64,000 nucleotides of DNA from the human T2T-CHM13v2.0 reference genome, Homo sapiens: contig CP068257.2 of NCBI GenBank assembly GCA_009914755.4, forward strand, positions 21,824,001 to 21,888,000, read 5' to 3'. The position numbers and the translations under genes were made by a program. This document shows positions 52,940-64,000 of this stretch, piece after piece (the first letter of the stretch is position 1; every line of letters starts with the position of its first letter). The notes beneath the pieces were generated by a model, which saw nothing but the letters and a program-made list of their open reading frames with translations, searched no databases and was not told where the DNA came from.

Positions 52940-54511
52940 GTCACAAATGGCAGAATTTGTCTTTTTTTGACTGAATACTGTTCCATTGAGTATATATGGC
53001 ATATTTTGTTGATCCATTCATTCACTGATGGATGCTTCAGTTGATTCCATGTATTGGCTATTGTAATAATGCTGCCATGAACATGGGAATGCAGATATCT
53101 CTGAAATACTGATTTTATTTCATTTGGATATATATCTAGAAGTGGGACTGCTGGATCATATGAGAGTTTAATTTCCAGTTTTTTTAGGAATCTCCATATA
53201 ATCTTTTTTCATAATAGCTGTACTGATTTACCTACCCACCATAGGGTACAAGGGTTCCCTTTTCTCCATAAATTTTCCAACACTTTATTTTTCATAGTTT
53301 TGATAGTAGCTATTCTAACAGGTGTGAAGTGATAGCACATTGTGATTTAAATTTCCCTGATGATTAGTGCTGTAGATAATTTTTTATTTACCTGTTGATC
53401 ATTTGTATGTCTCCTACTGAGAAATGTCTATTGAGATGCTTTGCCCATTTTTAATTGGGTTATTTGTTTTCTCACTATTGAGTTGTTTGCATACATTATA
53501 TATTTTGGATATTAACCCCTTATTGAATGTATGGTTTGAAATTTTTTTCTCCTAATCCAAACGTTTTCTCTTAACTCTGCTCATCGTTTCCTTTGCTGTG
53601 AAGAAACATTTTAGTTTGATGCAATCCCATTTGTCTATTTTGCAATTGTTGCCTGAACTTTTGGGGTGAAATTCAAAATATCGCTGCCGAAACCAATGTC
53701 CTGGAGCTTTCCCCTATGTTTTCTTCTAGTATTTTTATAATGTAAGATCTTATGTTGAAGTCTTTACTTAGTTTGAATTTTTTTGAATGTAAGGTATTGC
53801 TGAAAGGTCCATTTGTCTACATGTGTATGTCAAGTTTTTCCAACACCATTTATTGAAGAGACTATCCTTTCTCCATTGTGTGTTCTTGGCAACTTTGGTG
53901 AAAATCAATTGACTGTGTATGCATGGGTTTGATTTTCAGCCCCTTATTCTGTTCCCTTGGTCAATGTATCCTGCTTTTATGTCAGTACCATACTGTCTTG
54001 ATTTCTACAGCTGTATCACATAATTTAAACTGAATTAGTGTGATGCCTCCAGGTTTGTTCTTTTGCTCAAAATTATTTAGCTATTTATGGTCTTTTGTAC
54101 TTCCATATTAATTTTATCTTTTTTCTATTTCTATGAAAAATATAATTGGAATTTTGATAGAAATTAAATTGAATCTGTAAATCACTTTGAATAGTATGGA
54201 AAATTTAAAATTAATTTTTACAAAACACGAATATTGGATATCTTTCCATTGATTTGTGTCTTATTCAATTACTTTCATTAATGTTTTATAATTTTCAGTG
54301 CTGATGTTTTATCTCCTTTTTTAAGTTTGTTCTTATTTTATTTTTGTAGCTATTGCAGATAGGATTTATTTTTGATTTTTTTATGATAGATCACTTTTAA
54401 TGTATAGCTGCTGGGTATTTTTGCATCTATATTCATCAGGGATATTGGACTGCAATTTTCTTTTCTTTTAGTGTATTTGACAAACTTTGGTAACAAGATA
54501 ATAATGCTGGT
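52940..54511 (-). mobile_element. Old LINE-1 (L1PB/L1MA-like), 3' portion, antisense (3'UTR back to the ORF2 'ISLMNIDAKI' region), pseudogenised; interrupted by AluY at 54512
   Basis: 'ctgaatactgttccattgagtatatatggcatattttgttgatccattcattcactgatggatgcttcagttgattccatgtattggctattgtaataatgctgccatgaacatgggaatgcagatatctc...gggactgctggatcatatgagagtttaatttccagtttttttaggaatctccatataatcttttttcataatagctgtactgatttacctacccaccatagggtacaagggttccc...' The ORF-track entry 54350..54532(-) contains '...KENCSPISLMNIDAKIPS...' (L1 ORF2p 'KENFRPISLMNIDAKILNK'). Confidence 0.8.
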
Positions 54512-56480
<1,969 letters not shown>

Positions 56481-57517
56481 TCATAAAAGAGGCGATAGAA
56501 AAGCTCTCGTTATACATTAAACTCTTCAATTTTCACTCAGTCATACTGTAGGGAAAACACTGAGGGCAGTGAATCTGAGTTTATCCAAAGGAAAAGTGAT
56601 TTTTTTGTCTGAAATGTTCTTACAATGACAAAATTTATATCATTATAGAAAGTGTTCTTCTGTCCTTTTGAAGTTGGCAGCATTTCAAGTTCACATTATA
56701 AAACAAGGACTTCAGAAGAAAGGAAGACTTTAGGTGGTGAAAACTCACACAACATGAAAACACTAAATTATTTCAAGGCTGTGTATCTGTAACTCTAAAT
56801 TAGTACTGTTAAGTTACCACTTGTGGAAACTGTTTGAATATTACTAAAGAGTCAGCACAGTAGTAGTTGTTTTGATGACAACATATTTAGAAATATGTAA
56901 AATATTCAAGTCATCATCAACAACTTCTTAATGAAGTATCTATAAAAAGCCATGTGTGTTAGTAATAAATGATGATCAGTGAGAATATAATACTCATGAA
57001 TTGCTTGACAAAGAAGCACAGAAAAGAGCTATAGACTAGTCTGAGCAGAAATTATGGAAGAAGAGATTTCAGTTTTTATGGCCCATTTTGAAGCTTCTAC
57101 AGTGGGTTTAAACATTCTCTTGGTATGGAACTATTTTAAGAAGATTTGAAAGTGTGATGTTTTATTATATTTATCCAAAGTGGATTCAAGACCATTTATA
57201 AAAAATGGTCTTGTTGTCTTCTGAGCTATTTCCAAAGGGATGCAGTTTTTAAAAGACTAAGCAGGTTGGAGTTGTAAATGAAGTGCTTGGTGAAAGATCA
57301 TTATTAACCTTGCCTTTGAAATTGATGGAGAAGTGATGCTTGAGCCTTAATCACTGAGCTAATAATTCACCTTTAATCAAAATCAGTGCTTAATATTTTG
57401 TATAACTGTGATCACTGAGGTTATTTTCATTGAACTGCTACCATTCCACACTTTCCTGCACTAAATTTCTGTGCCAAAGAACTTCTGTGGATCTTAATTT
57501 AAGAAACAGGTTTTACA

Positions 57518-57826
57518 GGCTGGGCACAGTGGCTCATGCCTGTAATCCCAGCATTTTGGGAGGCCGAGGTGGGTGGATCACGAGGTCAGGAGTTCAAGAC
57601 CAGCCTGGCCAAATGGTGAAACCCTGTCTGTACTAAAAATACAAAAAAATAGCCAGATGTGGTGGCACGTGCCTGTTATCTCAGCTAATCAGGAGGCTGA
57701 AGCAGAGAATTGCTTAAACCTGGGGAGTGGAGGTTGCAGTGAGCCGAGATTGTGCCCTTGCACTCCAGCCTGGGCAACAGAGTGAGACTCCATCTAAAAA
57801 AGAAAAGAAAAGAAAAGAAAGAAACA
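57518..57826 (+). mobile_element. Alu (AluS-like) with (GAAAA)n tail; about 15-bp TSD 'aaacag(g/t)ttttacag'
   Basis: 'ggctgggcacagtggctcatgcctgtaatcccagcattttgggaggccgaggtgggtggatcacgaggtcaggagttcaagaccagcctggccaaatggtgaaaccctgtctgtactaaaaatacaaaaaaatagccagatgtggtggcacgtgcctgttatctcagctaatcaggaggctgaagcagagaattgcttaaacctggggagtggaggttgcagtgagccgagattgtgcccttgcactccagcctgggcaacagagtgagactccatctaaaaaagaaaagaaaagaaaagaaagaaacag'. The flanks are 'aagaaacaggttttacag' and 'gaaacagtttttacag'. Confidence 0.95.
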
Positions 57827-60800
57827 GTTTTTACAGTGTCTACTTTTCTCTATTGATTTTGTTCTTTTTTGTTTACCTGCTTAGTACTCAGTGTCTTTCT
57901 AGTTTATGTATATTGTGCTATGCTTATCCCCAAGTTGCTGGAATATTGGATATTGTCCTTCAGTGGCAGCCTGTCGATGGATTCCTGTTGTTCGTAAATA
58001 AGACTCATAACCCTCAATGCCATTCTGCGTAGATATCAGAATATGGGCTTCAGCATGTATCCCCGAATGTTGTTTCCTGCCTACATGTTGGTATCTGTTG
58101 CTAAATCATCTCAGGCCTCAGAGGTTCCTCTTTCTGGCAGTGATAAGAACAATGATGCAAGCTTCAGACTGTTAGTATTCTTTATTTGGTTTCCAGCTAG
58201 ATGCGGTCAACTGCCTCTTGTAGTTGATAAAGCTCTCCTCATTGCCTCTCATGCCTCATTTTGGTACCTATTTTAGCTGAGGTAACCTGCAGTATCTAGT
58301 TGCTTAATTTATAAAAAAAGAATGTTTTTATTAAAAAAAGGATCCAGTAATATAATGTGATGTTTTAGAGCAATGCAAGATCACTTGATTTTAAAAGTAT
58401 CTAGAGATTAATGAATAAATAAGTTAATAATTGAATGTCATATTATTGCCATAAAATATTTAATGAAAACATGTGAAGTCTCATTAAATATATTTAGCAT
58501 TTCAGAATTCTCATATTTGCAATATATACAAATATGATTTTACTTATTTGAAAGAGCAGAGAACAATTCTTTGACAGGTTCTTAGCTTAGCTTTCCAAAA
58601 CTATGGATGTGGTCATGCACAAAAGACCACATCCATACAGACACACACATTTCTGTGTTCATACTCAAAGTAATATATTCCTCTCTATATAGACATATAT
58701 ACACTTTTATACACATACACAAATATATCCTCTCATTAAATCTCTGGAAATAAAATTATTTATATCATATTAGATATAAAATACTGATTTTAGGTAACAT
58801 TTGATGTTCATGAGGAATAACCAAAATAAAGTGACCTATAAAAGTTCCCTAATATTAAGAGAAAATCTATATGCATTAATTTATTGTTTCTTTCAAAAAC
58901 ATATTTAAATAAATTCATGGAGATCATCATGACATTCTTCTGTACAAATCGGATACTGACAAACAATATCAATTTTATTGATACCAGGAGATAACTTTCT
59001 GTACAAAGGTTGAGGGTGAGGGGGAGAGACCAGTCTTCCATCTCCTCAAGTCCTCCATAAGACACCACTGCTGCAGCTAACACTACTTTCATTGTGAAGA
59101 CATGGAAGTCCTAGAAACTCCACTTCACATTCTTAGGAGGTATCGATATCCGTTTGGCCTTTCAAACTGTTCAATCTATAGCCCTTTGTGTGTCAGCCCA
59201 CCAGGTAGAGGTTAGCCCTACTATAATCTCTATAAGAATGAATAAACCTAAGGACATTTCGCCAGGCCTACCTTCGTACTAACAGATTTCAGCAGCAGGT
59301 ATCCCTGAGTTATAGTTTTACATATGGTATAGCTTAGAAATATATACAGGTATATAAACAACCACACAAAAGCAAATTAGAAAAGTTACCTCTTCAGCCT
59401 TAAAATGGTGTATTTGTGAAAGTAAACTTCTTGGTAAATGGAATAAATGAGCTTTAATATATACGATCTGTAAATTCAGGAGATACTATAAAATGACTTT
59501 AAAATCAGCATTTAATCTGTTATTTGAAAAGTATTTTTCCAGATTTATTGTTTACAAATAACCTAAGAAGAATGTGTTTATGATAAACATTGGTTTCCTT
59601 TTGTTGCTATAATACGTGCTCACAAATTTAGTAACATACATCAATTAACAATTTATTATCTTAAAGTGCTGGAGGTCAAAAGTCCAAAATTACCGGGCTA
59701 ACTTCAAGATGCCGGCGGGGCTGTTTGCTTCTGAAGGTGCTGAGGAGACAGTACGTTTCCAAGCTTTTTCAGCTTCTAGTGGCATCTGCAGTGTTTGGTT
59801 TGTCAACCCTCCATGAAAGGGCATCACTTCAATCTTGGCTTCAGTCATCACATCACCTTCCCCACTGATTCCTCATGTGCCCCTCTTATAAGTACCATTG
59901 TGATGCTTGGGACCAATGTTGATAATTCACAAAAATCTTCCAATCTTGAGATCCTTAACTCAATCCTATATGTAAACTTCCTTTTGCCACAGAAGGTAAC
60001 ATTCACAGGGTTTGGTAATTAAGACATGGACATATTTGGAAGGCATTAATCTGCTTACCACTTGGTGGCCGTATAATATATACATTTATAAAACATATGA
60101 AAATCAATTTTTTTGTAAATGTATGAATTTGTTTCCACACCCTTTATCTTATTTCATTGGTAGATGTGTCTGCTTATACATAATTTGTACACTTCTGTAT
60201 AAATTACATTTATGTATCAATGTACATTTATGTATAAATTATGCATACGTTTATTTATACATATACATTTATTTATACAACCATTATGTAAGTAATTATA
60301 ATTACATGAAATGACAAACTGAACATAAGTAAAAATAAAATAATTTGAATAAAATGCACATAATATTAATATCTGAGGAAACAAATATATAATTTTTAGA
60401 TTATCAATGTTAACCTAGTAAAATCTTAAAAGTGTGATTCTGTCTTACATCAAAATGATAAAAATGAGAAATTATGGTATAATATGGATAATTTAAATGA
60501 TACCAGTATCAGGTAATTACTTCCTGATTATTACATATATTAATATAACTAAAAAGCAGACTCATGTACACATATTTTCTAAATGTAAGCTATGCAATAA
60601 ACCTATTAGACAGATATTTTCCAGTGATTAAACTAAGGTTTCAAAACTTTGAAAATATAATAATAGAAATAATTATTAATCTAATGCTAGAATTTACATC
60701 CCTTTGTTGCCAATACTACATCTGATGTGAGATAGTCCCGCAACCCTTGATATTAAACTTAGCAACTAGGACTTCGATATACAGTTTAGCTTCTTATTAG

Positions 60801-60889
60801 ATAATTTTGAAAAAATGGGACTGGAAAGAGAATGAGATGAAGATAAGGTAAATCTCGACAGCTTTATTAGAAATTGATTTTCTATAAGT

Positions 60890-61440
60890 TTGTGGATTTA
60901 TTTATGAACTCTATATCCAGGTCCATTTGTTGATGCATATGTTTGCATGCCAGTATCATGCCGTTTTGACTACTATAATTTTGATTTTGATATCAGGTAG
61001 TATGATGCCTCCAGCTCTGCTCTATAGCTCAAAATTGGTTTGGCTGTTTGGGGTCTTTAATGGTTCCAAGCAAATTTGAACATTGTTTTTCTTATTTTTG
61101 TGAAAAATGACAATGGAATATTGATAGGCATTGCATTGAATCTATAGATTGTTTTGGGTAGTTTGTACATTTTTACAATATTAATTCTTCCAATCCGTGA
61201 ACATAAGATACCTTTCTCTGTGTTTTCCTTAATTTCTTTCATTATTGTTTTGTAGTTTTTATTATACACATCCTCCACTTCCTTGATTAAATTTGACCCT
61301 GAGTATTTTATTTATTTTTTATTTGGGAATGCTTTCTTAATTATTTTTTCCAGTAATTTGTGTTTAGTGTATAGAAGTGCTACTGATTTTATATGCTGAT
61401 TTTATATACTATCACTTTAGTGCCTTTGTTTATAAGTTCT
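60890..61440 (-). mobile_element. Old LINE-1 (L1M/L1PB-like) ORF2 fragment, antisense ('KDLYKENYK...RINIVKM...[9 protein letters not shown].P..FF' region)
   Basis: The ORF-track entry 61057..61278(-) '[73 protein letters not shown]' parallels L1 ORF2p '[75 protein letters not shown]'. About 25-30% nucleotide divergence from young L1PA sequence indicates an old copy. Confidence 0.8.
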
Positions 61441-61995
61441 AAATACCATTTGGCCCAGTGATCCCATTACTGGGTATGTACCCAAAGGATTATAAAGCAT
61501 GCTGCTATAAAGACACATGCACACATATGTTTATTATGGCACTATTCACAATAGCAAAGACTTGGAACCAACCCAGATGTCCATCAATGATAGACTGGGT
61601 TAAGAAAATGTGGCACATATACGCCATGGAATACTATGCAGCCATAAAAAAGGATGAATTTATGTCCTTCGTAGGGACATGGATGAAGCTGGAAACCATA
61701 TTCTGAGCAAACTATCACAAGGACAGAAAACCAAACACCGCATGTTCTCACTCATAGGTGGGAATTGAACAATGAGAACACTTGGACACAGGGCGGGGAA
61801 CATTATACACTGGGGCCTGTTGTGGGGTGGGGGGAGTGGGGAGGGACAGCATTAAGAGAAATGCCTAATGTAAATGACAAGTTAATGGGTGCAGCACACC
61901 AACATGGCACATGTAGACATATGTAACAAACCTGCACATTGTGCACATGTATCCTGGAACTTAAAGTATAATAATAAAATAAATACATAAATAAA
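61440..61995 (+). mobile_element. Young LINE-1 (L1PA-like) 3' end: ORF2 C-terminus, 3'UTR and A-rich tail, heavily 5'-truncated; nested in the old antisense L1
   Basis: 'ccatttggcccagtgatcccattactgggtatgtacccaaaggattataaagcatgctgctataaagacacatgcacacatatgtttattatggcactattcacaatagcaaagacttggaaccaacccagatgtccatcaatgatagactgggttaagaaaatgtggcacatatacgccatggaatactatgcagccataaaaaaggatgaatttatgtccttcgtagggacatggatgaagctggaaaccatattctgagcaaactatcacaaggacagaaaaccaaacaccgcatgttctcactcataggtgggaattgaacaatgagaacacttggacacagggcggggaacattatacactggggcctgttgtggggtggggggagtggggagggacagcattaagagaaatgcctaatgtaaatgacaagttaatgggtgcagcacaccaacatggcacatgtagacatatgtaacaaacctgcacattgtgcacatgtatcctggaacttaaagtataataataaaataaatacataaataaataaataaaaaa' is a close match (a few % divergence) to L1PA 3' ends. 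The ORF-track entry 61458..61706(+) is 'MIPLLGMYPKDYKACCYKDTCTHMFIMALFTIAKTWNQPRCPSMIDWVKKMWHIYAMEYYAAIKKDEFMSFVGTWMKLETIF'. Confidence 0.9.
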
Positions 61996-62008
61996 TAAAT
62001 AAAAAATG

Positions 62009-62340
62009 TCAAAAAAATAGTTTTATTGGTTGAGTACTTAGAATTTTTATGCTAGACCATATTGTCAAAAAACAGAAAAAAAAATCAATTTTTCCTTTTT
62101 CTCTTAGGATGCCTTTCGTTTCTTTCTCTTGCTCAATTGCTCTAAGGTTTCCAGAACTATGTTGAAAACAAGTAGAGAGAATGGGCAACCATGTTTTATT
62201 CCTGATCTTAGAGAAAACTCTTTCAGCTGTTCTCATTTGAACATGATGTTGACTCTGGGCTTGCCGTATATGGACTTTATTGTGCTTTGGTACATTCATT
62301 CTATACATAATCTGTTAAGAGTTTTTTATCGTGAAAAGAT
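62009..62340 (-). mobile_element. Old LINE-1 ORF2 reverse-transcriptase fragment, antisense (probably the same old element as 60890-61440, split by the L1PA insertion)
   Basis: The ORF-track entry 62009..62308(-) '...MRTAERVFSKIRNKTWLPILSTCFQHSSGNLRAIEQEKETKGILREKGKIDFFFCFLTIW...' parallels L1 ORF2p '...[64 protein letters not shown]...'. Its ORF2 coordinates (about aa 620-700) abut those ending at 61440 (about aa 712). Confidence 0.75.
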
Positions 62341-63130
62341 ATTGACTTTTGTCAATTTATTTTTCTGCGTCTATTGATATGCTCATACTAATTTTCAATA
62401 AAAATCCCAAAAATATTCAATGGAGAAAGGACAGGCATAAAAATGGTGTTGGGAAAACTATATATACACATGTAGGAGAATTGATTGGATCTTTATCCCT
62501 TATCACATCCAAAAATAAACTCAAAATTAATTAAAGACAAATATAAGACACAAAACTCTAAAACTTCCAGGATAAAACAAAGGGAGAAAGTTTCACAATA
62601 TTGGTCTGGGAAATAATATTTTGGGTTTGACTCAAGAAGCTCATGCAACAAATGCAAAAGTAGACAAATGTGAATACATCAAATTAAAAAGCTTCCAAAC
62701 AGCAAAAGAAGCAATCAACAGACTGAAGACACAACTCAGAGTGGGAGAAAATATTTGTAAACCACACATTCAACAAAAGGTTATTATCCAAAATGTACAA
62801 GGAATACAAGCAACTCAATATCAAAAAATAACATATAAACCAATTAAAACACGGGCAAATAATTTAAACAGACATTTCTTTAAAAAAGACATACAAACTG
62901 CCAAGTTCATGGAAAAAGTCTTGATATCACCAAGCATTAGGGAAATACAAATTTAAACCAGAATGCAATATAATCACATACCTGTAAGAATGGCTTTATA
63001 AAAAAGACAAAGGGTACGAAGTTTTGGTGAAGATGTGGGAAAAAGGCAACCCTCGTACATTGTTGGTAGCCATTACAAAATACCTGCATGGAATTATGCT
63101 GTGTCTAGACCAGCAGTTTTTAAAATGAAA
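62340..63130 (+). mobile_element. Old LINE-1 ORF2 C-terminal region, sense orientation, pseudogenised
   Basis: The ORF-track entries 62349..62534(+) '...FNKNPKNIQWRKD.....YTHVGELIGSLSLITSKNKLKIN' (L1 '[24 protein letters not shown]...YLTPYTKINSKWIKDLNV') and 62621..62956(+) '...KCEYIKLKSFQTAKEAINRLKTQLRVGENICKPHIQQKVIIQNVQGIQATQYQKITYKPIKTRANNLNRHFFKKDIQTAKFMEKVLISPSIREIQI' (L1 '[98 protein letters not shown]'). Continues to '...DKGYEVLVKMWEKGNPRTLLVAITKYLHGIM' (about 63000-63100). Confidence 0.8.
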
Positions 63131-63579
63131 TAGAAACTAATAAAATTGAAAAAAAAAAGAAAAAAGAAAGGTAAAAATAATTTTGTGAATATACACGCAT
63201 ACACATCTGTACTGTATAGAAGTGTAAAAACCGCTGTTCAATGTGGATTGCATTCAAAAGTATAAATCCCATTGACCTAAATGATACCATTAAAGCTTTC
63301 TACCACAACGTAAAGACCCTTCATAAACAAGCATTGGAACAAAGATTCGGCATCATCTCTTGCAACTCTGCTTCCTTGTATGGTCCCAAAGTCTTGAATT
63401 AGTCACAACTTCTTAGAATCATTATGATGTGTAGGTTTATTCCCGTTTGTCTTTAATATCTTAACACTGAACATAAGATAATTTATAGATTCCAATTAAG
63501 ATAATTTGGTATAATTAATATATTTAAACTAACGTAATTTATAGACTTAGATAATCTTTCAAGATAATATTCTATGCCA

Positions 63580-63760
63580 GTGGTTTTCAAACTTGAACCT
63601 GCCTCAGAATTACTTGAAAGGTTTGTTTAAACACAGACAGTTCGACCAAAATCCCCATACTGCTTAATTTAGTATATCTGTGATTAGGCCTGAGAATTTG
63701 CAGGTGGTGTTAGCACTAAGATTCCAGGAACCACAGTTACAACAGGAGAAGTGTCTCTGG
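63580..63760 (+). mobile_element. Repeat-like segment resembling a widespread mammalian interspersed repeat (family not assigned)
   Basis: 'ccagtggttttcaaacttgaacctgcctcagaattacttgaaaggtttgtttaaacacagacagttcgaccaaaatccccatactgcttaatttagtatatctgtgattaggcctgagaatttgcaggtggtgttagcactaagattccaggaaccacag' parallels a remembered consensus ('cagtggttctcaaactttagtgtgcatcagaatcacctggagggcttgttaaaacacagattgctgggccccacccccagagtttctgattcagtaggtctggggtggggcccgagaatttgcatttctaacaagttcccaggtgatgctgatgctgctggtccggggaccacact'). Family unknown to me. Confidence 0.3.
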
Positions 63761-64000
63761 CCTGGTTTCTGGATTTGAGTATGTATTTATTATAGACAGA
63801 CTCATCTTTCACATAATCATATATTGTAGTATAATTGTCTGGTTTTTTGCTCTCACTTAAGACAGTAGAAAAATGTGAAAGATATTTTGGGCAAGAAACA
63901 TAAATTTTATTCTTCCATTTGGACCACCTAACTAACAAAACAGAGAGGGGGCTCAACATTCTTTATTAAATGCCTTAATGAAAAGCTTAATTTTGAAGAC

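Noticed and set aside
60890-61995. L1 'twin-priming' inversion hypothesis for the antisense ORF2 fragment abutting the sense-strand L1PA 3' end
   Set aside because: The antisense part is about 25-30% diverged from L1PA, whereas the sense 3' end is only a few % diverged. A single twin-primed insertion would have uniform age. The ORF2 coordinates of the antisense pieces on either side of the L1PA fragment are consecutive, which fits a young L1 nested inside an old one.
61458-62956. ORFs with clear similarity to LINE-1 ORF2 protein (61458..61706, 62349..62534, 62621..62956; minus-strand 61057..61278, 62009..62308)
   Set aside because: They are disconnected, frameshifted fragments of L1 ORF2 from at least two elements of different ages and orientations. 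No intact ORF1 or ORF2 is present, so these are annotated as pseudogenised mobile-element remnants, not as a coding gene.

Overview
This 64 kb window is primate (human-like) nuclear genomic DNA, not prokaryotic. It contains no operons, CRISPR arrays, rRNA/tRNA genes or bacterial-style coding genes. The sequence is AT-rich and heavily occupied by interspersed repeats that I recognise by direct reading against remembered consensus sequences. I count 15 near-complete Alu elements plus 2 right-arm fragments on both strands, many with intact target-site duplications. There are several LINE-1 copies. One is an ancient L1M on the + strand (about 13.4-17.9 kb, with its 3' end at about 20.7-20.9 kb). 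L1PB-like 3' ends lie on the - strand at 7.4-8.1, 35.0-36.4 and 52.9-56.5 kb. A nest of old and young L1 pieces sits at 60.9-63.1 kb. Three ERVL-MaLR (THE1/MST-class) elements are present: a solo LTR with a nested Alu at 23.65-24.32 kb, a full LTR-int-LTR element on the - strand at 31.26-33.54 kb, and an adjacent + strand LTR+int fragment at 33.81-34.40 kb. There is also a MIR, a Tigger/MER44-like DNA-transposon fragment, and numerous microsatellites: (GT)n, (TA)n, (TC)n, (TAA)n, (CAAAA)n, (GAT)n. All ORFs of 60 aa or more in the supplied six-frame track are repeat-derived (Alu read-through, L1 ORF2 fragments, MaLR internal sequence) or short chance ORFs in AT-rich DNA; I cannot support any protein-coding exon. 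The window therefore looks like an intronic or intergenic, L1/Alu-rich, gene-poor segment. The items most worth a second look are an 80-bp near-perfect AT-rich palindrome (PATRR-like) beside an AluY and a compound microsatellite at about 26.5-26.7 kb; a CpG-retaining unique segment at about 25.15-25.52 kb; the structurally complete MaLR element with 5-bp TSDs; an Alu whose tail has become a TSD-bounded (TC)n(TA)n microsatellite; and an AluY-like copy with a 36-bp poly-A mid-linker and a perfect 16-bp TSD. No novel 'system' in the prokaryotic sense is present. Element boundaries are approximate (from about 5 to a few hundred bp depending on repeat age), and family names are assigned from memory, not from a database search.
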